Assembly (NCBI GenBank): GCA_016721115.1 | Contig: JADKIW010000001.1 | Coordinates: 3,506,200-3,570,199, forward strand | Direction of reading: 5' to 3' | Length of the DNA: 64,000 nucleotides | DNA from: Candidatus Defluviilinea proxima | GTDB taxonomy: Bacteria; Chloroflexota; Anaerolineae; Anaerolineales; Villigracilaceae | Shown: in pieces, positions 51,915 to 62,510 of the stretch | How positions within the stretch are numbered: position 1 is the first letter of the stretch | Layout: each line of letters starts with the position of its first letter | Position numbers and translations under genes: made by a program | The notes under the pieces: model-generated | The model's input: the letters and a program-made list of their open reading frames with translations, nothing else | The model's database searches: none | Told to the model about the DNA's origin: nothing

Positions 51915-54257
51915 ATGTTCACGATGGGTCTCACCAATTTTGAACAGATTGCGATTTGGGCCGTATTTGCTATTGCATGGCTTGGCCTTGGATACGCAGT
52001 CTTCCTTCGTTCTCAGATCCTGCGCGAGGACAAAGGCACTGAAAAAATGCAAGAAGTTTGGGGCGCAATTAAAGATGGAGCGAATGCTTATTTACAAAAG
52101 CAATTTCGCTCCATTTTGCCTTTAATTGCGATATTGACGATTGTGTTGTTCTTGTCCGTCTATGTTGTTCCGCCTTCACCCGAAGCTAAATTACGCTTCC
52201 CGACTTTTAGCGATGCTCAGCTTAAGCTGTGGATCGGTATTGCACGCGGTTTGGCGTTCATCATGGGTGCGGGGTTCTCGCTGGCGGTTGGACAGATCGG
52301 TATGCGCATGGCAATCGAGGGCAATGTGCGTGTAGCGTCTGCTTCCAAGAGATCGTTTGGTGAGGCACTTCGTATCGCTTACCGTGCTGGCACAATCACG
52401 GGTATGTTGACTGATGGTCTTGGTTTGCTCGGTGGTACGCTCATCTTTATGATCCTTGGTGTTGCGGCGCCCGATGCTTTGCTCGGCTTTGGCTTTGGTG
52501 GCACGCTCCTTGCGCTGTTCATGCGCGTTGGTGGCGGCATCTTCACCAAAGCGGCTGATGTCGGTGCTGACTTGGTTGGTAAGGTGGAAGCAGGCATCCC
52601 TGAGGATGACCCGAGAAACCCTGCTGTGATTGCGGACCTCGTGGGTGATAACGTTGGTGACTGTGCTGGTATGGCCGCTGACATTTTCGAATCCTATGAA
52701 GTAACGATGGTTTCTGGACTTATTCTTGGCTTGGCCCTCTGGCATATTACCGGTCGCCTTGAATGGATCGTCTTCCCCTTGATCGTACGTGGTATTGGTG
52801 TGCTTTCATCTATCGTCGGTACATACTTCGTTAAGGCTGGTACGACTGGTAAGAGCGCAGATGCGATGAACGCGATCTTCAGCGGCTTCCTAACATCGGC
52901 TGTGATTTCTGCTCTGTTGTTCTTTGTTGCTGGTTGGCTCTATATGAAAGACACAATGGCCGCTTTCGGCGGTTGGTGGCGTATGCCAGCGGCCGTGGGT
53001 GTTGGTGTCGTGCTTGCTATTTTGATTGACCGTCTCACTGAATATTTCACTGGGACTCACGCATCACCTGTCAATGATATTAAGAAATCCGCAGATACGG
53101 GTCCAGCGACCTTGATCTTGAGCGGTATTTCGGTTGGCTTTGAGTCATCTGTATGGTCGGTGATCGTTATTGCGTTGACAATCGTTGCTTCCATTGTCAT
53201 CTTTGGAACCATCCCTGGTGTCGGTGTAGAGCGTGCGACATATATTCTGTATGGTGTTGCGATGACAGGCATTGGCATGTTGACCTTGACTGGTAACAAT
53301 GTGGCTATGGACTCCTTCGGACCGATCTCTGACAATGCCAATGGTATTGGTGAGATGGCCTGGTCTGGTCAAACCGATAAGGCTACCAAAGATGCTCAGC
53401 AGATCATGGCTGACCTTGACGCAGTTGGAAACACCACGAAAGCCATTACCAAGGGTGTTGCCATCGGTTCCGCAGTGATTGCTGCTGTGTCGCTCTTCGG
53501 CTCATTCCTCGTCGATGTGACTCGTGCTCAAGTAAGTCTGAATATTCCTGAAGCTTCATGGATTAAGAATATCGGTATTCGGGTGGATGATCCGCAAATC
53601 TTTGTGGGTATGTTGATCGGTGGCGCGTTGCCCTGGTTATTCTCCTCCTTCGCTGTTCAAGCTGTAACCCGTGCGGCTTCCTTGATCGTGTTGGAAGTTC
53701 GTCGCCAGTTCAAATTGGGCGTGTTGGAAGGTAAAGTCAAGCCTGATTACAAACAAGCTGTAGAAATCTCCACCACCGCCGCGCAAAAGGAATTGGTCTC
53801 GCTGGCTTTGCTCGGCATCGTAACCCCGATTGTAGTGGGATTGATGTTAGGCGTAGAAGCGTTGGGTGGCTTCCTTGCTGGTATTATCGTCTCTGGTCAG
53901 TTGCTTGCGGTGTTCCTCAATAACGCTGGTGGCGCTTGGGACAATGCCAAGAAGTTGATTGAAGACGAACCCAAAGATCCGCAGAATAATCTCGGTAAGG
54001 GTTCTGAACGTCATAAGGCCGCTGTAGTGGGTGATACTGTTGGTGATCCCTTCAAGGACACGGCTGGCCCTGCTCTTAACCCGATGATCAAAGTTGTGAA
54101 TCTTGTATCGGTCATCGTCGCTCCGGTAGTTGTGCAGTATGCAGGAGCCACTGGTTTGACTTTGGTTGTTGTTTGGGTTGTCGCAATCGCTTTGCTCGGT
54201 GTGCTCGGCTGGGCAATTCTTGAATCTAAGAAACCAGCTCCATCCATGGGGAAGTAA
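51915..54257 (+). CDS. hppA: Membrane-bound H+/Na+-translocating pyrophosphatase
   Basis: 780 aa containing ADLVGKVE, DPRNPAVIADLVGDNVGDCAGMAADIFESY and GDTVGDPFKDTAGP. Confidence 0.95.
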   Translation: MFTMGLTNFEQIAIWAVFAIAWLGLGYAVFLRSQILREDKGTEKMQEVWGAIKDGANAYLQKQFRSILPLIAILTIVLFLSVYVVPPSPEAKLRFPTFSDAQLKLWIGIARGLAFIMGAGFSLAVGQIGMRMAIEGNVRVASASKRSFGEALRIAYRAGTITGMLTDGLGLLGGTLIFMILGVAAPDALLGFGFGGTLLALFMRVGGGIFTKAADVGADLVGKVEAGIPEDDPRNPAVIADLVGDNVGDCAGMAADIFESYEVTMVSGLILGLALWHITGRLEWIVFPLIVRGIGVLSSIVGTYFVKAGTTGKSADAMNAIFSGFLTSAVISALLFFVAGWLYMKDTMAAFGGWWRMPAAVGVGVVLAILIDRLTEYFTGTHASPVNDIKKSADTGPATLILSGISVGFESSVWSVIVIALTIVASIVIFGTIPGVGVERATYILYGVAMTGIGMLTLTGNNVAMDSFGPISDNANGIGEMAWSGQTDKATKDAQQIMADLDAVGNTTKAITKGVAIGSAVIAAVSLFGSFLVDVTRAQVSLNIPEASWIKNIGIRVDDPQIFVGMLIGGALPWLFSSFAVQAVTRAASLIVLEVRRQFKLGVLEGKVKPDYKQAVEISTTAAQKELVSLALLGIVTPIVVGLMLGVEALGGFLAGIIVSGQLLAVFLNNAGGAWDNAKKLIEDEPKDPQNNLGKGSERHKAAVVGDTVGDPFKDTAGPALNPMIKVVNLVSVIVAPVVVQYAGATGLTLVVVWVVAIALLGVLGWAILESKKPAPSMGK

Positions 54258-54287
54258 AAGAAGAATAACAAGCAAGACTTGTTGAAA

Positions 54288-54324
54288 AGAAACACGGCCT
54301 GTCAAGCTGACAGACCGTGTTTTG
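54288..54324. terminator. Bidirectional terminator (one mismatch in the stem)
   Basis: ACACGGCCTGTCA, loop agc, TGACAGACCGTGT, followed by TTTTG. Confidence 0.6.
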
Positions 54325-56445
54325 TTATTCTCCGCACTCGAAAGCCGAATAATAGTTCCCTGAAAATATGGATTGCCGTTCTTTTGATAGTGATGAGATT
54401 TGGTCCCAGATTTCGTCGGTATCTGCGAAAATAATGATCTTGATTTGATTGTTTTTGCAGGCGGTATCTATTGATACCCAATTAGTATTTGGGGTTGTAA
54501 AAAGCTGTGCCATTTTTCTGGCAAATGGCTTATATATTTCTGGTGGGATACCGTAAAGAGTATGGTAAGAAATAACAGCCCCTCGTGTTCGATATAACCC
54601 TGAGGGACGATCCAGCCCGACAAGCGGGTTAAATTGGACAATTGTGTCCATGGGGTAGTTTTTTTCAATGATCGAGTAGGCTGTCCGTGCTTCAAAGTTC
54701 TTGGTGCCTAAATATTCATCGGACTGGATTGGTTCAGGTAGAACTAGTACACCGGTGTCCACAAGAATAGGCCAGAGTCTCAAATAGATGGTGTCTTGTA
54801 AGCTTGTTACTACTCCTAGGGCGAGAAGGAGTAGTAGTAAAAACTTGATTTGATTTGCCGGGCTTGGCTTAAGCAACAATAAACTTGCCTTGATTGGCTT
54901 TTTCTTCCAAATGTGCGATAGCACGTCTGTGCCCCAGATCAATAAAATGAATTGACCGGGAAGCCAGCCACGCCAGCCAAAATCATTGTTTGAGATCAAG
55001 GTAGAGCGGGTGAAACTGGTTAGAAACACTACGATGATAAGAAGCGCAATTTCCTCTTTTGCAAGTGGATTGTTGGGTATATACCCCTTTTGACGAAGCT
55101 TGTACCAAACGATCCCAATAAAAAAGAAAAAACCAAGTTCTAAAAAATAGTTTAGTGGAAGCATTATCAGGTTAATCAAAGCCGCTTGCCAACCTGGTAG
55201 ACCTGTTGTGAGAATGAGCGCGGGTCGAAACACGCGAATATCGAATCCCAGCGGCAAACCGGCAGATCCGCCGGAGCCGCCTCCATACAAGTCTAGTATA
55301 AAGGGGAAAATGACGATAGTTGCAACCACGCTTGGAATTAACATCACCCAAACTGACTTGAAGGTTTCCCCATTCAAGAGGCGCATGATGAACCAGACCA
55401 TCCAAAAAATAACAAAGATCATTGTCACCCATGAAGAAAGGCCAAATGCGGATGCGAATGCGATCCCTGCGATGACTGCCGAGCCGAATTTCTGAAGAGG
55501 TTTAGCGTTCTTGTGATATACAATCAACATGATTCCAAGGACACAATTCAACAAACTGACAAGGTGATGGGGTGTCCACATGGTGGACCCCACCCAGGCT
55601 GTGATTTGTTCGTTCCAATGTTCGATATCCCCATCTATAACGTATCCGTATAGGAGTTGCGGGAACGCCATGTAGAGTGTGCTTCCGAAAATATCCAGAC
55701 CGCTGACCGCAAGCAAGCCAATTCCCATAAGGGCTGAACGCCCAATATTGGGGATGCCTGAATTTCGAATCTTTATGTACAAGGCTACAGTTGCCATTAA
55801 GGCAAGCCCTGCCCAAATGACGCTTGCCGCAAGTGCCATGCGTGCGTCGACAATGTCCCCACCAAGTTTGTCCACTAGACTGCAAAGGATATACCAAAAA
55901 TAATAAAGGAATGTGAGTTTGACCGGCACGCCGGGGTGATAACTTGGATTAAGTGGCGGCACTCCCGTACGCGTAATGGCATTGATCACCGAGACGCGTG
56001 TCTGATAATCGAAAGCCGTAATGTTGAAATATAAGCGGTCGCCAAATTGGAGATCGATTAATGAGAAAGCGGTAAAGGCAATCCATCCGATTGCGATGCC
56101 GACGAAAATTTTTAGTTGTTTGTTTTCTTTGATTTCGTGGAACAGCAAATGAAATTTGCGCTCACCCGAAATTTGCAACAGAAAAAGAATCGTAAATGCA
56201 AGCAACACGATAAATGTGAGTGCTTCTGAAACCATTCTGTATGTAATGAAAAGAAACACTGGTGTGATGGCAGAAGAAAGCAGGAGCGCAAACCCTAATC
56301 TAGTAGACCACCTTCGAGATCGAAAGTCAAATAGGTTAAGTGCAAAACCTGTTACGTAGCCAGACGGCACGAAGATTAATGCAAACAACAAGAACCCTGC
56401 AAAAATACCTAGAATATCCTGTGCTGTGAAGTTGGTAATCATCAT
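54325..56445 (-). CDS. Large polytopic membrane protein, possibly a GT-C-type glycosyltransferase, with a C-terminal soluble domain
   Basis: 706 aa with more than 12 TM helices. The family assignment rests on context only (next to a GT2 and a UPF0104 gene). Confidence 0.4.
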   Translation of the reverse strand: MMITNFTAQDILGIFAGFLLFALIFVPSGYVTGFALNLFDFRSRRWSTRLGFALLLSSAITPVFLFITYRMVSEALTFIVLLAFTILFLLQISGERKFHLLFHEIKENKQLKIFVGIAIGWIAFTAFSLIDLQFGDRLYFNITAFDYQTRVSVINAITRTGVPPLNPSYHPGVPVKLTFLYYFWYILCSLVDKLGGDIVDARMALAASVIWAGLALMATVALYIKIRNSGIPNIGRSALMGIGLLAVSGLDIFGSTLYMAFPQLLYGYVIDGDIEHWNEQITAWVGSTMWTPHHLVSLLNCVLGIMLIVYHKNAKPLQKFGSAVIAGIAFASAFGLSSWVTMIFVIFWMVWFIMRLLNGETFKSVWVMLIPSVVATIVIFPFILDLYGGGSGGSAGLPLGFDIRVFRPALILTTGLPGWQAALINLIMLPLNYFLELGFFFFIGIVWYKLRQKGYIPNNPLAKEEIALLIIVVFLTSFTRSTLISNNDFGWRGWLPGQFILLIWGTDVLSHIWKKKPIKASLLLLKPSPANQIKFLLLLLLALGVVTSLQDTIYLRLWPILVDTGVLVLPEPIQSDEYLGTKNFEARTAYSIIEKNYPMDTIVQFNPLVGLDRPSGLYRTRGAVISYHTLYGIPPEIYKPFARKMAQLFTTPNTNWVSIDTACKNNQIKIIIFADTDEIWDQISSLSKERQSIFSGNYYSAFECGE

Positions 56446-57329
56446 GATACGGTTACTCGCTTTTTACCTAGAAAAGTGGATGCACGTGCAATCCCTGCCC
56501 ACCCCCAAGTGATTATCGTCAAAAAATTCATAGCTTGGAGAAAAACAATCAGGATCAGCGCGCTTAACTTTGGTATCTCGAATGGACTTAAAACAACCAC
56601 CGCTACAAATTGATATACACCTACATAGCCTGGTGTGGATGGGATTGCGCTTGAAAGTCCCAAGCTTGCAAGCAGTATAAACGATTGGAGCATTGAAATA
56701 TTCATGTGTACCGTCTTAGCAATGATCACTACCCCAACTCCATCCATTACCCAGATGAGACACGTGAATAGGATGAACATGCTCGCACGTGACGGATGAT
56801 GCAGCGCTTCGACCCCGTGAAGAAACTGCTTTAAAAACTCATAAACCTTTTCCTTTGCTGACGGCTGAACGCCGGGTAGTGATGGCATCGAAATGATTAG
56901 TTTGTTGCCAATATAAGGGACACTTAGAATCCCAATAAGCCCTGCGAACGCGACCACAGTCATTAGTTTGAGCGCTGTTTCCAACTGTGCAGATACTATC
57001 CCTGAAAGTGCTAGCGAAGTAGAGCCGAGAATAACAAGTGCGATCAAATCCATGAACCGCTCGACTAGTCCGGTGGCTAGTACAAAGGAAACAGGGATAT
57101 CATTTTCCTTTCCAAGGTAAGCCGCACGAACCAATTCCCCTGCTCTTGCTGGGAGGATGATATTCCCCAAATACCCAACCATGTTTGCCCAAAAGACTTT
57201 CGTAGTTACAACTTGTTTTCCTGCTGAAAGAAGGATATTCCAACGTTTTGCGCGAAACCAACTTGTGAGGCTTCCCCACAGAAATATGACCGGAATGTAG
57301 AAATAATTTGCCTCCCGTAGCGCAGACAT
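56442..57329 (-). CDS. UPF0104 / lysyl-PG-synthase-TM-region-like ('flippase-like') membrane protein
   Basis: Contains RAKRWNILL...YLGNIILPARAGELVRA. The frame is open upstream to 57479 and encodes a further TM helix, but without a canonical start codon. Confidence 0.65.
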   Translation of the reverse strand: MSALREANYFYIPVIFLWGSLTSWFRAKRWNILLSAGKQVVTTKVFWANMVGYLGNIILPARAGELVRAAYLGKENDIPVSFVLATGLVERFMDLIALVILGSTSLALSGIVSAQLETALKLMTVVAFAGLIGILSVPYIGNKLIISMPSLPGVQPSAKEKVYEFLKQFLHGVEALHHPSRASMFILFTCLIWVMDGVGVVIIAKTVHMNISMLQSFILLASLGLSSAIPSTPGYVGVYQFVAVVVLSPFEIPKLSALILIVFLQAMNFLTIITWGWAGIARASTFLGKKRVTVS

Positions 57330-57453
57330 GAACGCGGCCCAGTCAACTCCGCGTAAGGCAAGGAAAAGGAATAGCCCGGCGAGCAGGATCGAGGTCCAAA
57401 AAATGAGACGATTACGCGGGGATTTTGATTCTGGCGCGTTGGACAGGAAGTCT

Positions 57454-58386
57454 CTAAAAATTGATACGCTCCTTTTCGATCACAAGCGGTCGCTTCATTA
57501 CTTGGGTGTATATCGCGCCAAGATACTCACCGACGATGCCAAGGAAGAATAATTGTACTGACCCCAAAAAGAACAAGCCAATGACGATGGGAGCCGAACC
57601 CAACTGGAATTGAAACCAGAAGATCAGTTTGTAAAGAAGATATACAAGACCGACAAGGAAGCTCAAGGCGGCAGAAAGAAAGCCGAACATGGTTGCAAGC
57701 CTGAGCGGGATTTTGGTGTAACCTGTAAAACCCAACATGGCAATATCATATAGTGTATAAAAATTATTTTTACTGATTCCGCGTTTGCGGCGTGGTTGGG
57801 TAAATGGAATGCGTGCCATAGGATAACCAATATCAGCGATTAAGCCACGAAAATAAGGGTAGGGGTCGTTGATCTCACGCAATATCTGGATGATGCGCTG
57901 ATCATACAGGCCAAAGCCAGTGTAGTGCTCGATCAATTCCACATCCGAAATATTTCTGAGAATGCGATAATAAACAGTTCGAAGTAAATAGAACAATCCT
58001 GCCTCTTGACTTTGTGTTTTGACCCCAATCACTACTTTATACCCCTCTTCCCACTTTTTGATGAAGTCAGGAATACGCTCTGGTGGATCCTGTAAATCAG
58101 AAGCAAGGATAATAACAGCGTCACTACCTGCTTGAAGTAGACCATGATATGGCGAACGAACGTGCCCGAAGTTGCGCGTATTCACAATGGCCTTAACTCG
58201 TTTATCTTTTTCAATTAACGCGCGGATTTTCTCAACAGTACGATCATTGGATGCATTATCAATGAAGATGTGCTCATATTCATAATTAGAGCCAGACATT
58301 GCCATACGAATACGTTCATACAGTTCATCTACATTTCCCTCCTCATTGAAACATGGGGTTACGATGCTAATCCGTTTTTTACTCAT
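57454..58386 (-). CDS. GT2 polyprenyl-phosphate glycosyltransferase (ArnC/DPM1-like)
   Basis: Contains ISIVTPCFNEEGN...FIDNASNDRT...DSDLQDPPE-type motifs (ASDLQDPPE). Two C-terminal TM helices are present. Confidence 0.85.
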   Translation of the reverse strand: MSKKRISIVTPCFNEEGNVDELYERIRMAMSGSNYEYEHIFIDNASNDRTVEKIRALIEKDKRVKAIVNTRNFGHVRSPYHGLLQAGSDAVIILASDLQDPPERIPDFIKKWEEGYKVVIGVKTQSQEAGLFYLLRTVYYRILRNISDVELIEHYTGFGLYDQRIIQILREINDPYPYFRGLIADIGYPMARIPFTQPRRKRGISKNNFYTLYDIAMLGFTGYTKIPLRLATMFGFLSAALSFLVGLVYLLYKLIFWFQFQLGSAPIVIGLFFLGSVQLFFLGIVGEYLGAIYTQVMKRPLVIEKERINF

Positions 58387-58397
58387 GTTGTCTCAAT

Positions 58398-59480
58398 TCA
58401 TAAGCCTCGTGCCAAAAATTTCTTCCGTAACCCTTTATCTTGGTTATACAAACTCTCGACAGAATCGATCATAAGTGGCGCATCGGCTTTTATCTTTTTT
58501 GCAAGTATCTGATTGTTTAGTAACTCGCGGCAGGAAAGCTGCCCTTTTTGGAGGGGGATGGCAAGATAGTAGTCATTGGGAGTTAATACATGCCCAGCAG
58601 GAAGATCTTGTTTGGCATACACACCACGCACAAGTGTAGTCAAATAATCAACCTCTTTTTGCGAGGATGGCATTTTTTCTGTGCCGGGTGCCCCGCACAT
58701 TTCTCGTGCTTTTTGGAAAGCCTGAAACCACTCACCGATCTGTTCGGGCGTGGAGCAATATGGGGAAAAAGGTTTGTCCTCTGTTTTGATGTCAATATGG
58801 CGTTCAAACGTGCGTGCACCTTTGGCATACGCGATCAACATGGATGAATGCCAATCGTGATATTCATGCGTGGACAATCCGATGACATGTCCCGGGTAAC
58901 GGTTCCTCAAAAAATCGATCTGGTTGAGTTGCAATTCCGCATCTTCTGATGGATATATGGACACGCAGTGATTGATCGCAAGCGGGATATTTCTGTTATC
59001 AAAAAACGTCACCATATCGTCAATATCCTTCAGCGATGTTCCGCCTGTCGAGACCATGGTAGGTTTGCGCGCCCTCGCGATCTTTTCCAGCAACGGCCAA
59101 TCCGTTACATCTGAACTGGCGATCTTGATGATCTCGACACCAAGTTCCAGGCATAACTCAACCGACCTGTCGTCGAAAGGTGTTGCCATGCGCACACATC
59201 CCGCCCGTCGCACCGCCTCTGTCAGCGTTGCCAATTCTTCATGGGTGAGGCGTGTGTCAATCGTCTTCTTGATATAACGGATGTCTGTGCGGTCCCGGAA
59301 CTTCTTGTGAATGAACGAATCAATATCGCGGAACTGCAACTTGATCGCCGCCCGCACATTGTTATAGCGGACAACCGTTCCGAACTCCTTTACGATCCTG
59401 ACGCCGCGCTCCACATCGCCCCAATGATTATTTGCAAGCTCAAGGACGAACAAATCTTCGAAGATATCTCTGTTGATCAT
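58398..59480 (-). CDS. NeuB/SpsE-family nonulosonate (sialic/legionaminic/pseudaminic acid-type) synthase-like enzyme with a SAF domain
   Basis: Contains LELANNHWGDVERG...IKIASSDVTDW. The C-terminal part is a SAF-like beta-clip. Confidence 0.75.
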   Translation of the reverse strand: MINRDIFEDLFVLELANNHWGDVERGVRIVKEFGTVVRYNNVRAAIKLQFRDIDSFIHKKFRDRTDIRYIKKTIDTRLTHEELATLTEAVRRAGCVRMATPFDDRSVELCLELGVEIIKIASSDVTDWPLLEKIARARKPTMVSTGGTSLKDIDDMVTFFDNRNIPLAINHCVSIYPSEDAELQLNQIDFLRNRYPGHVIGLSTHEYHDWHSSMLIAYAKGARTFERHIDIKTEDKPFSPYCSTPEQIGEWFQAFQKAREMCGAPGTEKMPSSQKEVDYLTTLVRGVYAKQDLPAGHVLTPNDYYLAIPLQKGQLSCRELLNNQILAKKIKADAPLMIDSVESLYNQDKGLRKKFLARGL

Positions 59481-59565
59481 GTTTTACCTCTCTTGGATGA
59501 AAACAACGCTTCTCTCTTAACCGATACCTGATTCTACCCAATTAATCTTTTCTCCCCTTTGTCTC

Positions 59566-61362
59566 TTACTCCTCCCACGCAGGGATGAGTAGATTTTCCA
59601 TTAACTCTTCCCGTTCGAGGAATGGAAACATATCCTCAAGAGGAGCAGAAACGATGCGCCCGTCCGGGAGTTGACGTGAACTCTGGCGGGGTTCGAATCC
59701 CTGTGTCGGGTCGAGTACCACTTCGCATAGGACAGGACCTTCTGCTTCCAACACGTCACGCAATGGCTTGCTGAAATTTTTCACAGCCAAACGTTTGTAT
59801 GGTATCTCATACGCCTTTGCGATTTTCTGAATATCCGGGAAACTGACACTTGACTCCGGGCTTTCGCCAACTGTATCGCCAAAGAAGCCCTTTTGCGATG
59901 TGCGGATGGATAGATAACCGTTGTTGTTGAGCACAAAGATTTTTACAGGCAATTTATACTGTGTTACGGTCTGTAATTCCTGAATGTTCATTTGTAAACT
60001 CCCGTCGCCAGCCAGGCAAATTACTCGTTTGCCATTTCTTGCCACAGCAGACCCAATTGCTGCAGGCAGATCATACCCCATTGATGCAGAACCCGAATTG
60101 GAAAACAGCCTTTGTCCGAGTTTGATCTTGCCTGTTTGAAACGAGACGATACAGGCGGTTGCGTTGCCAGTTACTACTACATCATCCTCCGCAAGGTTTT
60201 CGAAAAGCACTTCCATGAAGTGATACGGGTTAATCTTGTCATTGAACTCGCGGTGTTTGGGCAGAACGGCGGGGTAGCGGGTTTGTCGTTCTTTGCACCA
60301 TGCCAACCAATTTTTGAATTGACCGGCATCCCAGTTATCGAGTTGTCTTTCCATTTCTTCGAGAAATATTTTTGCATCGCTCACAATGGGCATGTCTGCT
60401 TGAATGGTGGGGCGGTGGAGTTCGGCTGGATCCACGTCAACCCATATCTTGTGGGCGGCACGGGCAAAGGATTTAAACGCATACCCTGTCTGGCGGATGT
60501 TTAGGCGATTCCCAATGACAAGCAGAAGGTCTGAGTTCTGAACGGCGAAGTTACCGGGGCGTGTGCCAATGGTGCCGGGGCGGCCAACGAAGACAAGATC
60601 GTCAGATGCGATCAGATCATGTGTCCAACCAGTTGTAACAGGGATGCCAAGTTTATGGACAACGCGATTGAATACATCAACTGCGTCGGCAAGACGGACG
60701 CCCGTTCCTGCGAGGATGACTGGACGCTGAGCGTTCTTTAGTTTGCCTAATGTTTGGGCGACGGATTCTACTAATTGGATGGAGGCAACTGTTGGGTTAA
60801 GGTCTGATGCGAAGCCATCCAGTTTTGTTTCGTCTATTTGGCTCGATTGTACGTCAATAGGAATATCCAGCCAACAGGGGCCGGGACGTCCACTTTGGGC
60901 GAGATGCCAGGCTTTTTCGAGGTGATAGCGAATGGTTTGAGGGTCAGTGATTGTGACTGCGTATTTGGTGATGCCATATACCATCGAAATAATATCCACC
61001 TCTTGATCGCCGAGTTGACGGAGGTTAGGCAGGTCGTAGGTGCGGATATAGGTCTCAAGTTTCACCTGGCCTGAAAGGACAAGCATGGGGATGGAATCGG
61101 TGTATGCGCCGTAGACGCCATTGAGTGCGTTGATGCCACCAGGGCCAGTAGTAACGTTGACGACAGAAGGTTTATTCGTGATACGAGCGTATCCTTCTGC
61201 CGCCATGGCACTGGCTTGTTCGTGGTGATTGAAGACCGGCGTAATGTTCGGGTGCTTGCTGATGGCATAGTTGAGGAACATCGAGCCGCCACCTGTGACC
61301 ATAAATACATGGTGAACGCCGAGTTCTGAAAGCCGGTTTGCAATATACTCTGAAACTCTCAT
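59566..61362 (-). CDS. Thiamine-diphosphate-dependent enzyme (acetolactate-synthase-like carboligase)
   Basis: The start was trimmed to MRVSEYIANRLSELGVHHVFMVTGGG. The ThDP motif is LAGDGSLQMNIQEL...NNNGY. ATGA overlap at 61359-61362. Confidence 0.85.
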   Translation of the reverse strand: MRVSEYIANRLSELGVHHVFMVTGGGSMFLNYAISKHPNITPVFNHHEQASAMAAEGYARITNKPSVVNVTTGPGGINALNGVYGAYTDSIPMLVLSGQVKLETYIRTYDLPNLRQLGDQEVDIISMVYGITKYAVTITDPQTIRYHLEKAWHLAQSGRPGPCWLDIPIDVQSSQIDETKLDGFASDLNPTVASIQLVESVAQTLGKLKNAQRPVILAGTGVRLADAVDVFNRVVHKLGIPVTTGWTHDLIASDDLVFVGRPGTIGTRPGNFAVQNSDLLLVIGNRLNIRQTGYAFKSFARAAHKIWVDVDPAELHRPTIQADMPIVSDAKIFLEEMERQLDNWDAGQFKNWLAWCKERQTRYPAVLPKHREFNDKINPYHFMEVLFENLAEDDVVVTGNATACIVSFQTGKIKLGQRLFSNSGSASMGYDLPAAIGSAVARNGKRVICLAGDGSLQMNIQELQTVTQYKLPVKIFVLNNNGYLSIRTSQKGFFGDTVGESPESSVSFPDIQKIAKAYEIPYKRLAVKNFSKPLRDVLEAEGPVLCEVVLDPTQGFEPRQSSRQLPDGRIVSAPLEDMFPFLEREELMENLLIPAWEE

Positions 61363-62504
61363 GCTTGTTCCTTTTGTGGGATGGCGTAGAAGATCGTTTC
61401 GAAACAGTTGTGCGCATGGGCGCGATAGTGATATGTATAATGAAGATTGTTTTCCGTTGCAAGCTGGTTGATCCACAATGGAATTTCCCAGAGATGTGCA
61501 GGGGTATGGTATGCCGATATGGCAAGTGCGGGATGATATTCTTTTATGAGTTGACAGGCTCCTGCCAACGCATCCATTTCTGCGCCTTCAATATCCATTT
61601 TTATCAAAGTTGGACGGAATGTGGGGATACATTCATCCAGTGCTACGCATTGGACTGTAGTCTTGCCGGTTTGCGATACACTACTCCCTTCGCCTTTGCC
61701 TGTATTAAAGGTCAATTGAGTTGTTGATGAATATACTCCGCATGGAAACAGTGATATGTTTGGAAGTCTGCTCTTTGAAGCATACGCTGATAACTTGCGG
61801 AAATTATCCTGATCTGGTTCGAAGGCGGCAATCGCCTCAAATTGTTGTTTGGATTGCAGGAGTGAATGAAGCGTATCTCCATCATATGCGCCGCAATCTA
61901 CGAAACGAATGGGCTGTGGCCACATGGGTAGATCGAGTGGAAAATATTGGTGTTCCGTATCGGGTTCCGGAAGAAGTGAGTAATCGCCACTAATCCGAAA
62001 ATGGATGAGTGATTCAAAGGTCTTGCGGCTGTTTTCATCTGAGAGAAGTTTATAGACAGCTTGGATTTCTTCTGTGTAAGATGAGTAATATGTTCGTGAT
62101 GTGAGCCAGTAACGTGTGCCAAGTTCTTCGGCAAAGTGATCGTATAGGTCAATGGGAGACAAAAGCTCTCTGTTGTATCCATGTGTTTTTAGATTGTTGA
62201 TTATTGGTATAAGGTTTACTTCTCGATTGTGAATTCCTAGAATGACCAGAGATTTTTTGCGTAATTCAATGGGAGGTGCTTTTCCATCAGGTTTGTGAAC
62301 TGGAAGATTGTTGATCACCTGATCATTTGTGCTCCTATGATCAAGAAAACCGTATATCCCTGTTCCATTTTTTTCGAGTGCCAATTGGATGTCACGCGCA
62401 AATGAGCCGGTGCCATAAATGAGAATATTTTCTTCCTGCCATTTGACCTCTCCAAGATTGCTTTTTGAAGCTTCTTGAGTAAATTCTGGAATGTCTTTCA
62501 TCAT
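61359..62504 (-). CDS. FkbM-family methyltransferase with an N-terminal Rossmann-like domain
   Basis: Contains FVDCGAYDGDT and LIKMDIEGAEMDAL. Confidence 0.7.
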   Translation of the reverse strand: MMKDIPEFTQEASKSNLGEVKWQEENILIYGTGSFARDIQLALEKNGTGIYGFLDHRSTNDQVINNLPVHKPDGKAPPIELRKKSLVILGIHNREVNLIPIINNLKTHGYNRELLSPIDLYDHFAEELGTRYWLTSRTYYSSYTEEIQAVYKLLSDENSRKTFESLIHFRISGDYSLLPEPDTEHQYFPLDLPMWPQPIRFVDCGAYDGDTLHSLLQSKQQFEAIAAFEPDQDNFRKLSAYASKSRLPNISLFPCGVYSSTTQLTFNTGKGEGSSVSQTGKTTVQCVALDECIPTFRPTLIKMDIEGAEMDALAGACQLIKEYHPALAISAYHTPAHLWEIPLWINQLATENNLHYTYHYRAHAHNCFETIFYAIPQKEQA

Positions 62505-62510
62505 CCCTCT

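Noticed and set aside
52191-52745. 184-aa antisense ORF inside hppA, and similar antisense ORFs inside the HEAT-repeat gene (11124-11558, 12282-12638)
   Set aside because: They are embedded opposite very well-supported long genes. Their Arg/Ser-rich composition is typical of antisense frames in GC-balanced coding DNA.
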